From the NCBI GenBank assembly GCA_965200425.1, contig CBDAUA010000001.1, positions 304,812 to 368,811 on the forward strand: 64,000 nt of DNA. The letters are read 5' to 3'. Numbering within the stretch: position 1 is the stretch's first letter; each line of letters opens with the position of its first letter. This document shows, one piece after another, positions 37,298-45,654 of the stretch. This DNA is from Arenicellales bacterium. Lineage in GTDB: Bacteria; Pseudomonadota; Gammaproteobacteria; Arenicellales; JAJDZL01. The notes beneath the pieces were generated by a model. It did no database searches and had not been told where the DNA came from. It saw nothing but the letters and a program-made list of their open reading frames with translations. The translations under genes and the position numbers were made by a program.

Positions 37298-37453
37298 TAT
37301 TTTTTGGGACATTGCAAGTGAATTAACTCTCGATAAACATACGATAGAGAATAAATGAATCCAACTTACTTGGATATTTCGTGTGATTTAGTCATACCTT
37401 TAAAATCCCATTCTGTGAAACCCAAACGTTTCTTTACGACTTAGAAATTCAAT
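37298..37453. repeat. Right-flank sequence of the island (paralogous to 31754..31910)
   Basis: See the feature at 31754..31910. Confidence 0.85.
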
Positions 37454-37462
37454 AGTGCGATT

Positions 37463-38986
37463 ATGAATTTAAGTTCCAATTTTTTTGCGGAGCTTCAAAC
37501 CGTAATGCAACAAACACCCAATAGTGTGTTTCTTGAATTACAAGACGGAACAGCTCTAACTTACCAGGACGCAAATGTACTGTCTGCACGACTTGCCAAT
37601 CGTCTAGAGTCAATCGGATTGTTGGCAGGTGATCGAGTAACCTGCCAATGCGAAAAATCATATAGAGTAGTCATTCTCTATCTTGCATGTTTGCGTGCGG
37701 GTCTAGTGTTCCACCCTCTCAATTCAGCATATACGCTAAGTGAACTTGAATATTTTTTGATCGATGCAGAACCGTCTTTAATCGTTTGTGAATCTGATCA
37801 ATTTTCAGCAACAAAAGAATTAGCAAATAGAGTCGGAATTAGTCAAATTATGACACTAGATTTGGAAAGTGAAGACTCAGTTTGGGTTGGACTCGAGCGA
37901 TTCGCTGATGAATTTGATCCAGTGTTTCGAAAAAAAGATGACTTAGCGTTATTGATTTATACCTCGGGAACAACTGGTAAACCAAAGGGAGCAATGATCA
38001 CCCAAGAAAATATTTCATCAAACACAGCTAGCTTGGTTGACATCTGGCACTGGCGTTCGGATGATGTCTTGTTGCATGTTCTTCCATTGTTTCATGTACA
38101 TGGACTTTGCGTTGGCTTACATTGTCCTATGTTGCGTGGATCCTGCATCCTATTTCACGATAAATTTTCAGTACAAAACTCATTGAGTCAAATTTCAAAC
38201 GCCACAATAATGATGGCAGTACCAACGATTTACACTCGCTTGCTGTCCCAGCCAGAGCTAACGCGTTCACTTTGTCAATCTATTCGGCTGTTTATTTCGG
38301 GTTCTGCGCCACTGCTCCCTGAAACTTTTGCGGAGTTTGAACAAAGAACTGGTCTTCGCATACTAGAACGATATGGTATGACCGAAGCTCAGATGATCAC
38401 TTCCAATCCAGTCGATGGAGCGCGAGTCCCAGGAACTGTAGGGTATTCCCTTCCAGATATTCGGCTACGAGTTGTCGAAGAAAATGGAAAACTTATTGCT
38501 TCAGGACAAACGGGGATTCTAGAGATCAAAGGTCCCAATGTGTTTGCGGGTTATTGGAGAAATCCAGAAGCGAGTAAAGAAGCATTTCGTAGAGACGGCT
38601 ACTTCATTACCGGAGATTTCGCCACGATTGATAACTCCAATCGAGTAACCATTGTTGGAAGACATAGTGATTTAATCATTTCAGCTGGCCTGAATGTGTA
38701 CCCGAGAGAAGTGGAAATTGCACTCAATAATCTACCATGGATAGTTGATTCAGCTGTGTTTGGCGTACCACATTCTGATTTGGGTGAAGCAGTGGTCGCC
38801 GCAGTCATCCAGCGAGATGAAGAAAAATCGATTTGCGAGATTAAAGCTGAACTCAAGTCCCAAATCTCGGAATTTAAAATTCCGAAAAAGGTAATTTTTA
38901 TGCAAGATTTCCCTCGAAACGCGATGGGAAAAATACAAAAGAATCGATTACGAGAAATCTACAAATCAATCTTTATAAATGAGTAA
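37463..38986 (+). CDS. matB: Malonyl-CoA synthetase-like AMP-dependent acyl-CoA ligase
   Basis: It carries the AMP-binding motif (LLIYTSGTTGKPKGAM). Its N-terminal region (ILYLACLRAGLVFHPLNSAYTLSELEYFLIDAEPSLIVC) closely parallels rhizobial MatB as I recall it. The ORF is 507 aa. Confidence 0.7.
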   Translation: MNLSSNFFAELQTVMQQTPNSVFLELQDGTALTYQDANVLSARLANRLESIGLLAGDRVTCQCEKSYRVVILYLACLRAGLVFHPLNSAYTLSELEYFLIDAEPSLIVCESDQFSATKELANRVGISQIMTLDLESEDSVWVGLERFADEFDPVFRKKDDLALLIYTSGTTGKPKGAMITQENISSNTASLVDIWHWRSDDVLLHVLPLFHVHGLCVGLHCPMLRGSCILFHDKFSVQNSLSQISNATIMMAVPTIYTRLLSQPELTRSLCQSIRLFISGSAPLLPETFAEFEQRTGLRILERYGMTEAQMITSNPVDGARVPGTVGYSLPDIRLRVVEENGKLIASGQTGILEIKGPNVFAGYWRNPEASKEAFRRDGYFITGDFATIDNSNRVTIVGRHSDLIISAGLNVYPREVEIALNNLPWIVDSAVFGVPHSDLGEAVVAAVIQRDEEKSICEIKAELKSQISEFKIPKKVIFMQDFPRNAMGKIQKNRLREIYKSIFINE

Positions 38987-39004
38987 GGAAATGACGTTGA
39001 TAAG

Positions 39005-39817
39005 TCATTCAGCTTCCATCTGACGGGCTAAATCTTCCATTAAGCCTGATACTCCACTAAGCGACCATCCACCATCAACTGGAATAACTGCTCCTGTAAT
39101 GTAATCAGCTAACTGCGAAGCTAAAAACATCGCTGTTTCACCGATATCAGAGGTCGTTCCTAGGCGACCTAGAGGAACAGATGCCGCCACTTTGTCTAGT
39201 AGTTCAGGAGTTGGGGCCAATCTTTTCATGCCCTCGGTTTCTTGAATCGGACCCGGAACGATAGAGTTCACACGAATTCCATCGCGTCCCCACTCCATCG
39301 CCAGTGTTCGAGTAATCATGTCTACACCTGCTTTCGCCGCACAAACATGTGATTGCATGATCATTGGCGCAAAAGCTTGCGGAGCTGAAATATTAATAAC
39401 AGAGCTTCCCGGCTTTCTTAAGTGCGGATAACTTGCTCGCAGCGCGTGATAGGTTCCCATTAAATCGATGTTTACAACTGCTGCAAATCCATTTGGTGAC
39501 ATCTCCACTGCACGAGCGGGAAAGTTTCCCGCGGCACCTGATACTAAAACATCAATTGTCCCTAGTTGCTTTGCAATATTGTTTATCGCATCGTCCAAAC
39601 CTTTGTAATCTCTAACATCTGCGCTAGCTCCTACGGCCTTGGCACCAAGCTGCTGAAGATGTTCGACCGCATAATTCACCTTATCGGATGAACGGCTTAT
39701 CACACCTACATTGGCATTTGCTCGGGCAAAATCGCAAGCAGCACCAAAATTGATGCCACTGGTTCCACCTACAACGACAACCGTCCTTTCTGAAAAATTC
39801 CAGCTGAATTGGCTCAT
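39005..39817 (-). CDS. Short-chain dehydrogenase/reductase, 2,4-dienoyl-CoA reductase-like subgroup
   Basis: It has an N-terminal cofactor motif (VVVVGGTSGINFG) and an active-site region (HVCAAKAGVDMITRTLAMEW). The ORF is 270 aa. Confidence 0.75.
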   Translation of the reverse strand: MSQFSWNFSERTVVVVGGTSGINFGAACDFARANANVGVISRSSDKVNYAVEHLQQLGAKAVGASADVRDYKGLDDAINNIAKQLGTIDVLVSGAAGNFPARAVEMSPNGFAAVVNIDLMGTYHALRASYPHLRKPGSSVINISAPQAFAPMIMQSHVCAAKAGVDMITRTLAMEWGRDGIRVNSIVPGPIQETEGMKRLAPTPELLDKVAASVPLGRLGTTSDIGETAMFLASQLADYITGAVIPVDGGWSLSGVSGLMEDLARQMEAE

Positions 39818-39881
39818 TACAATTTGTCGTTAATTTATAAAACTAAAGTTTCAGTCAACTTGAATTCGCCAAAAGAAAAAT

Positions 39882-40109
39882 TCAAGATTTTTGCCTTTGG
39901 CGGTTAGAAATTACCATGTAGATAATAGTAATCACAACGCCCCACAGAGCTACGTTGTTTATTGGATTATCTAAAAATGCATTGAAGGTTGACATTACGA
40001 GGCAACTAACAACTGCAGCTATTCCTAGTAAATGTTTCATGATTTGTTTCATTTTTCGCACTGATTCTTGATGATATTGATGAACTACAGACAAAATTGT
40101 ACTAGACAA
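39882..40109 (-). CDS. Small predicted membrane protein (two hydrophobic segments), duplication unit 1
   Basis: The ORF is 75 aa, possibly starting at the internal MKQIMKHLL. Its hydrophobic stretches are LLGIAAVVSCLVMSTF and ALWGVVITIIYMVI. An intact, near-identical paralog is at 42060..42287. Confidence 0.45.
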   Translation of the reverse strand: MSSTILSVVHQYHQESVRKMKQIMKHLLGIAAVVSCLVMSTFNAFLDNPINNVALWGVVITIIYMVISNRQRQKS

Positions 40110-40482
40110 GTCTCAGCAAATTGAAATTCCACCTATGTAGATTACTCAGAGCTGACGTTCTTTTTGGCATAGTTTTAAAGAAAAAAAGCGATAGTGTCGA
40201 TAAACGTCAACCTTAGCACTAATCGTTATAATTGATGAATTGCGTCATTTGCAAAGACGCCAATCTCTTTGAAGCTAAACTCAAATAAACTAAATCTAGG
40301 TAAAATCAACGCCAAACACAATGAACATACTTGATCTTTCACATGAACGAAGTTCTACCCGACTTGATCATTGGGTGAACAATTCTTATGCATGGACTCA
40401 AGAAGAAATTCACTCCGAGTCGTGCATTTTGCAAATTAGCAAAGAAGTGGAAGTTGAACTGTTGCGGTGAATGGGGAAGACG

Positions 40483-41262
40483 AGGCTAAGGCGCTTGCGG
40501 TGGAACCGACGGTCTCCAATCGGCAATGGTGCCTGTTCCTCGGACTTCGGGAGTTTACAATCGGCGATTTGCGAGCTCTGGAGTCCTCTCTACATGAACT
40601 CAGGAAGAAATTACGTTGAGCAATCAAACGAAGAAGAATCGTCAGTGGAACGGTCCTAAGGCAAATTGGAACATTAAGGGTCTACTACTTGTACTCCCTT
40701 ACTTGATTCGATTTGCTGAGGATTTAAGGAATGATAAGCGAAGTGATACTTATGAGATTGACGGTATTTCTTCTATACCGTTGATTATCGGAGCTTTGGC
40801 AGCCGAACTCTCTTTGAAGACGATCATTGATCAGGAAGGAGAGAGCTTGGACGGTTCGCGGACTCATGATCTGAAAAAATTGTATTGTAAAATTAGTTGT
40901 GAGACGAGGAAGCAGATCGAACGTCTGTGGTCCTCTCCATCGAGTGATCCACAAATTTTGAGAAAATTTCCTATTGAAATGTTTGGTTTTGGTACGATTG
41001 ACGTGAACCGGGTTGGGATTGATCGTGTTTTAGAGAAGCACAGTAAAACGTTCATTGAGTGGAGGTATCTTCCAGAGTGCCGCGGCGCTAGGGGTTTATC
41101 TGGCAATCCCTATGAGTTGGCTTATGCGGCTTGGACGCTGTATAAATTTCATGTAGATAAGACTGACCTTCCTTTTGGCAACACCAGTGGTGTGGCTCGC
41201 GTCTGACTTTTCTTTTCTTGTAGGAGACCGCTGTTCTCTGCGAACCCCCTGGTCTTTAGCCT
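40483..41262. mobile_element. 0.78-kb cassette bounded by ~35-40-bp imperfect inverted repeats, carrying one HEPN-like ORF and no transposase
   Basis: The left end is AGGCTAAGGCGCTTGCGGTGGAACCGACGGTCTCC (40483..40517). The reverse complement of the right end (41223..41262) is AGGCTAAAGACCAGGGGGTTCGCAGAGAACAGCGGTCTCC. The outer AGGCTAA and inner CGGTCTCC blocks are identical. The ends are visibly more G+C-rich than the flanks. Confidence 0.55.
40616..41206 (+). CDS. Hypothetical protein with HEPN-domain-like motifs
   Basis: The ORF is 196 aa with a TTG start preceded by AGGAAG about 10 nt upstream. The segment IIGALAAELSLKTIIDQEGESLDGSRTHDLKKLY and a later FIEWRYLPE resemble the classical HEPN pattern (helix ..aaEkalKa.., tHdL..L, then ..RYp). 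This is a recall-based call. Confidence 0.4.
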   Translation: MSNQTKKNRQWNGPKANWNIKGLLLVLPYLIRFAEDLRNDKRSDTYEIDGISSIPLIIGALAAELSLKTIIDQEGESLDGSRTHDLKKLYCKISCETRKQIERLWSSPSSDPQILRKFPIEMFGFGTIDVNRVGIDRVLEKHSKTFIEWRYLPECRGARGLSGNPYELAYAAWTLYKFHVDKTDLPFGNTSGVARV

Positions 41263-41339
41263 TGGCATCGGCGGCACGGTCACGCCACCTATGATGGCTA
41301 AATTCATTTAATTTAAATTCACGCTCAACATATAGATCA

Positions 41340-42040
41340 ATGACAGTACTTAGCATAAATCTGAACAAAATTGCACTGTTGAGAAACGCAAGAGGTACAA
41401 ATTTTCCAAAAGTTCTAGACTTCGCGGGAATTTGCATCGCAAATGGAGCTGAAGGTGTAACAGTGCATCCTCGACCAGATCAGCGCCATGCAACCTATCA
41501 GGATGTTCGAGACTTAGCTGCATTCCAAAGTCAAAATCCTTCCATCGAGCTCAATATCGAAGGTTTTCCAACTACTGATTTTCTAGAAGTTGTTAAAGCA
41601 GCCAAGGCCCATCAGTGCACTTTGGTACCCGACGCTCCCGATCAAATTACATCCGATCATGGTTGGGATACAAAATCCTAAATTCACTTTCTCCAGCCCA
41701 TCATCGCTGGACTAAAGAAAAACGGAATAAGAACTAGTCTTTTGCTGGATCCAGACATCAGCATGATGCCTTCGGCTGCGGATACAGGAACTGATCGGAT
41801 TGAACTGTATACAGAAGAGTACGCGAAAACTTATGACGCCGATACCAACGCTGATGTCTTGGAACAATATCGACTTACAACGCTCGCAGCCCAAGAACAA
41901 GGCGTTGGTGTCAACGCTGACTACGATTTGAATCAAAAATAATTTAGCGAACTTTCTAACAATTCCAGAAATTTTGGAAGTGTCAATTGGGCACGTAGTT
42001 ACGGTCGAAGCATTACATGATGGATTTGGGAAAACGGTAC
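41340..42040 (+). pseudogene. pdxJ: pdxJ pseudogene (duplication unit 1)
   Basis: It aligns with the intact pdxJ at 43537..44271. It has a nonsense change at 41679..41681 (TAA where unit 2 has GAA), further stops or frameshifts near 41938..41945, and a 3' truncation at the duplication junction. Confidence 0.85.
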
Positions 42041-42059
42041 TATTCGCCAAAAGCAAAAT

Positions 42060-42287
42060 TCAAGATTTTTGCTGTTGGCGACTAGAAATTACCATGTAGA
42101 TAATAGTAATCACAACACCCCACAGAGCCACGTTATTTATTGGGTTATCTAAAAATGCATTGAAGGTTGACATTATGAGGCAACTAACAATTGCAGCTAT
42201 TCCTAGCAACTGTTTCATGATATGTTTCACTTTTCGCACTGATTTTTGATGATATTGATGAACTGCAGACAAAATTGTACTAGACAA
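42060..42287 (-). CDS. Small predicted membrane protein, duplication unit 2
   Basis: It is a 75-aa paralog of 39882..40109 with only a handful of substitutions. Confidence 0.45.
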   Translation of the reverse strand: MSSTILSAVHQYHQKSVRKVKHIMKQLLGIAAIVSCLIMSTFNAFLDNPINNVALWGVVITIIYMVISSRQQQKS

Positions 42288-42499
42288 GTCTCAGAAAATT
42301 GAAATTCCACCTCTGCAGATTACCTAGAGTTGTCGTTCTCGGTGGTATTGTTTTAAAGTGGAAATGGCGTTAGTGTCGATAAACGTCAACCTTAGCACTA
42401 ATCGTTATAATTGATTAATTGCGTCATTTGCAAAGACGCCAATCTCTTTTAAGCTAAACTTATATACATTAAATCTTGGCAAAATCAACGCCAAACCCA

Positions 42500-43498
42500 A
42501 TGGACATACTTGACCTTTCACATGAACAAAGTTCTGCTCGACTTGATCATTGGGTGAGCAATTCTTATGCATGGACTCAAGAAGAGATTCACTCCGAGTC
42601 GTGCATTTTGCAAATTAGCAAAGAAGTGGAAGTTGAACTGTCGCGGATGGCTGAAGAGATTGAAGCCAATCCGCTTCCAACGGTACTACGTTCATTGAAG
42701 CAGTTCGATATTCCCAAGACGATTGAATTGATGAAAGAGGTTCGAAGACGACTCGATCAATCACCTGGAGTTGTTGTCATTGACAGCATGCCTCTCGAAA
42801 AAATTTCAAAAGAACAAGCCATCGACATATTCTGGACAATTGGTCAGGTAATCGGCCAACAAGTCGCACAAAAATGGGATGGAACAATCATTTACCACGT
42901 GAAAGACACAGGTGCAAAATACGAATATGGAGTTCGTGGTTCTTACACCAAAGTCGAACTATTGTTCCATAACGATAACGCCTTCGGAAAAGTACTGCCC
43001 AACTACGTCGGGCTCATGTGTATTCGACCATCAGTCGAAGGTGGGATAAGTCGATTCTGTAGTCTTTATTCGGTTCACAATCAAATGTTGAACCGTTACC
43101 CGCGTCAGTTGGAGCGCTTGTATGAACCAGTTTTTTGGGACCGGCAGGCAGAACATGCAGATGGTGAACCTACTGTCGCGTTTGCTCCAGTATTTCGGTA
43201 TGAAAACAGTCGACTTTTTACGAGAGCCAATCCTAGTTTAGTGATGAAAGGCTACGAAGTAGCAGAAACCGAGATAGACGCAGAAACCTTTGACGCAATT
43301 TCAGCCCTTAAGGAAGTTTCTGAGAATCCAAACTTGTGGTTCGAATTGCCCATCGAACGAGGGCATCTACAGTATTTGAATAACCTTGATATCGCACATT
43401 ACAGAAGTGAGATTATCGATCATCCTGATCCTCTCAAAAAGCGACATTTAGTTCGCTCTTGGCATCGCCAGCACGGTCACGCCACCTATGATGGCTAA
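42500..43498 (+). CDS. TauD/TfdA-family Fe(II)/2-oxoglutarate-dependent dioxygenase (intact copy)
   Basis: It has an HxD iron-binding motif (LLFHNDNAF) and is about 330 aa. I place the start at the ATG at 42500 (MDILDLSHEQ), matching the ATG of the unit 1 remnant, rather than at the listed TTG at 42476. Confidence 0.6.
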   Translation: MDILDLSHEQSSARLDHWVSNSYAWTQEEIHSESCILQISKEVEVELSRMAEEIEANPLPTVLRSLKQFDIPKTIELMKEVRRRLDQSPGVVVIDSMPLEKISKEQAIDIFWTIGQVIGQQVAQKWDGTIIYHVKDTGAKYEYGVRGSYTKVELLFHNDNAFGKVLPNYVGLMCIRPSVEGGISRFCSLYSVHNQMLNRYPRQLERLYEPVFWDRQAEHADGEPTVAFAPVFRYENSRLFTRANPSLVMKGYEVAETEIDAETFDAISALKEVSENPNLWFELPIERGHLQYLNNLDIAHYRSEIIDHPDPLKKRHLVRSWHRQHGHATYDG

Positions 43499-43536
43499 AT
43501 TCATTAAGTTTAAATTCACGCTCAACAAATAGATCA

Positions 43537-44271
43537 ATGACAGTACTTAGCATAAATCTGAACAAAATTGCTCTGTTAAGAAACGCAAGAGGCGCAAATT
43601 TTCCAAAAGTATTAGACTTCGCGGAAATTTGCATCGCAAATGGAGCTGAAGGTGTAACAGTGCATCCTCGACCAGATCAGCGCCATGCAACCTATCAGGA
43701 TGTTCGAGACTTGGCTGCATTCAGAAGTCAAAATCCTTCCATCGAGCTCAATATCGAAGGTTTTCCAACTACTGATTTTCTGGAATCCGTTAAAGCAGCA
43801 AAAGCTGATCAGTGTACTTTGGTACCGGACGCTCCCGATCAAGTGACATCCGATCATGGTTGGGATACAAAATCCGAAATTCACTTTCTACGGCCCATCA
43901 TCGCTGAACTAAAGGAAAACGGAATAAGAACTAGTCTTTTTCTGGATCCAGACATCAGCATGGTGCCTTCGGCTGCGGATACAGGAACTGATCGGATTGA
44001 ACTCTATACAGAAGATTACGCGAAAACTTATGGCACCGATACCAATGCTAATGTCTTGGAACAATATCGACTTACAACGCAGGCAGCACAAGAACAAGGC
44101 CTAGGTGTCAACGCCGGCCACGATTTGAATCAAAAAAATCTAGCGAAATTTCTGACAATTCCAGAAATTTTGGAAGTATCTATTGGGCACGCCGTTACGG
44201 TCGAAGCATTACATGATGGATTTGGGAAAACGGTACGCTCGTACGCTGCAATCGTTCGTTCTAGCCTTTAG
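43537..44271 (+). CDS. pdxJ: Pyridoxine 5'-phosphate synthase
   Basis: The ORF is 244 aa. Its N-terminus (LSINLNKIALLRNARG...VTVHPRPDQRH) and the later GHDLN and EVSIGHA blocks are characteristic of PdxJ. Confidence 0.85.
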   Translation: MTVLSINLNKIALLRNARGANFPKVLDFAEICIANGAEGVTVHPRPDQRHATYQDVRDLAAFRSQNPSIELNIEGFPTTDFLESVKAAKADQCTLVPDAPDQVTSDHGWDTKSEIHFLRPIIAELKENGIRTSLFLDPDISMVPSAADTGTDRIELYTEDYAKTYGTDTNANVLEQYRLTTQAAQEQGLGVNAGHDLNQKNLAKFLTIPEILEVSIGHAVTVEALHDGFGKTVRSYAAIVRSSL

Positions 44272-44291
44272 AACTAAAGGGCGACCGCCCG

Positions 44292-45140
44292 TTATCCTGG
44301 ATACGCAATGACGTTTTGAGTTTGTACACCCAATCCCTCGATTCCAAGTTTCATCTGATTCCCAGGTTCCAAAAAAATTGGTGGCTTAAGGCCAAAACCA
44401 ACACCAGAAGGAGTACCCGTAAGAATCATATCACCTGGCATCAGTGTCATAAACTGACTAACATAACTAATGAGATGCTTGATTCCAAAAATCATGTCGT
44501 CAGTCGAACCGTCCTGATATCTTTTTCCGTCAACATCAAGCCAAAGATGTAGAGCTTGTGGGTCCGCAATTTCGTCTTTTGTCGCCACAAATGGACCCAA
44601 TGGACAGAACGTATCAGCACTCTTGCCTTTTACCCATTGCCCAGTGCCTTCTGTCTGAAACGCTCGCTCCGATACATCGTTTGCGATACAGTACCCAGCC
44701 ACATAGTCAAGAGCATTCTCTTCATCGACGTAAGTGGCTTGGCTACCCATCACGATTGTTAGTTCGACTTCCCAATCTGTCTTCTTACTGTTTCGAGGAA
44801 TCATCACATCATCATTGGGACCAACTATAGAAGTTGTCGCTTTCATGAAAATTATTGGTTCCGCAGGAATCGCTAACCCAGCTTCTTGAGCATGAAGGCG
44901 GTAATTCAAACCAATGCATACCAATTTACCTACATTGGCAACAGGCGGGCCTAATCGAGGTTGACCTGAAACCACAGGTAAACTTTCAATATCTAACTCT
45001 CGCAATTTTTTCTGCCCGGAAGGCGACAACGCTCGAGCGTCAATGTCCGAAACCTTACCGGACAAATCACGAATTTGCCCATTATCATCCAACAAACCAG
45101 GGCTTTCTTCACCCCGACTTCCGTATCGAACCAACTTCAT
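44292..45140 (-). CDS. Fumarylacetoacetate hydrolase (FAH) family protein
   Basis: The ORF is 282 aa. Its C-terminal FAH domain pattern (KLVCIGLNYRLHAQE, DWEVELTIVMG, GDMILTGTPSGVG) supports the call. Confidence 0.8.
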   Translation of the reverse strand: MKLVRYGSRGEESPGLLDDNGQIRDLSGKVSDIDARALSPSGQKKLRELDIESLPVVSGQPRLGPPVANVGKLVCIGLNYRLHAQEAGLAIPAEPIIFMKATTSIVGPNDDVMIPRNSKKTDWEVELTIVMGSQATYVDEENALDYVAGYCIANDVSERAFQTEGTGQWVKGKSADTFCPLGPFVATKDEIADPQALHLWLDVDGKRYQDGSTDDMIFGIKHLISYVSQFMTLMPGDMILTGTPSGVGFGLKPPIFLEPGNQMKLGIEGLGVQTQNVIAYPG

Positions 45141-45654
45141 CTGCTACAAATTCTCCTTCTAGCTAATACTCGAACTACTCAAAACAATCTCTATTGCGAT
45201 GTCACTATACGATTGATCGTCTTCAAATTGAAAAGCATTCATTGTATTAAGATTCAAGAATTATTTCGATTCTCTTCACTCGAGTTTACATGGATTCGCA
45301 TTATGAAACTTGGAACGATTACCGCGGTACTTCGGCCCTAATTATTAAAGAAATTGCCTGTAGGATTGACGTGTCAATGACAAATCATAGCTCATCTAAT
45401 TCACTCTTTGTCTAGTCAAAACAGACTGGTCATTGACCATAAAAAAATTTGAAAGTAGAAAATGGAGCGCTAGAAACTTAAACGCTTTAGTTAATTGATT
45501 AAGAGTTGACCGCTTTGCGTACTGAACTGATAATCCGGTTCCAATCATCCGGCTGATTGGCTCGTATACCTTTTTCGATTGAATCGAAAAAAGACTAAAC
45601 GAGTTTCACTGAACCCGAGTTTTGCGATTTTGCAATCAGGCGATTGAAAGGAAC

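Larger units (their letters stand above)
34421..37300. mobile_element. ~2.9-kb inserted segment carrying a type II R-M pair and a decayed IS1595-type transposase
   Basis: It interrupts a sequence that is contiguous in the paralogous copy at about 31741..31775. It is visibly more A+T-rich than its surroundings. A TGGG(G)A motif is present at both junctions (34415..34420 and 37305..37309). Confidence 0.65.
22044..37455. other. ~15.4-kb accessory (defence) island between puuD and a malonyl-CoA-synthetase-like gene
   Basis: It contains only restriction-related genes (five GmrSD-like genes and a type II R-M pair) plus an IS remnant. It is flanked on both sides by housekeeping or catabolic genes. 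Confidence 0.7.
40321..41301 (+). pseudogene. TauD/TfdA-like dioxygenase gene remnant (5' ~50 codons and last ~12 codons); the core is replaced by a foreign cassette
   Basis: 40321..~40482 aligns with 42500..~42660 (MNILDLSHERSSTRLDHWVNNSYAWTQEEIHSESCILQISKEVEVEL). 41263..41301 aligns with 43459..43498 (...HGHATYDG*). An in-frame TGA occurs at 40468..40470. Confidence 0.85.
39864..44236. repeat. Tandem segmental duplication, two units of ~2.18-2.20 kb (39864..42040 and 42042..44236)
   Basis: Each unit carries a small membrane-protein gene, a TauD-like dioxygenase gene and pdxJ. The junction GGGAAAACGGTAC|TATTCGCCAAAAG at about 42040 joins a near-3' pdxJ sequence (compare 44224..44236) to the sequence found at 39864. 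Confidence 0.9.

Noticed and set aside
40471-40659. An arginine-rich 62-aa ORF in the cassette leader, considered as a possible antitoxin or partner of the HEPN-like ORF
   Set aside because: It has no recognisable motif or ribosome-binding site. Its composition is explained by the G+C-rich inverted-repeat region, and it overlaps the start of the HEPN-like ORF.
45365-45378. The palindrome ATTGAC-GT-GTCAAT shares arm sequence with the array palindrome
   Set aside because: The arm spacing differs (2 nt versus 5 nt), the arms are shorter, and it occurs only once. This is insufficient to claim a shared regulator.
45571-45592. A 22-nt perfect palindrome, TTTTTCGATTGAATCGAAAAAA, downstream of the molybdopterin-subunit gene, considered as a terminator
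   Set aside because: The stem is almost entirely A/T with no loop, so it would be a poor intrinsic terminator. It is not reported as a feature.
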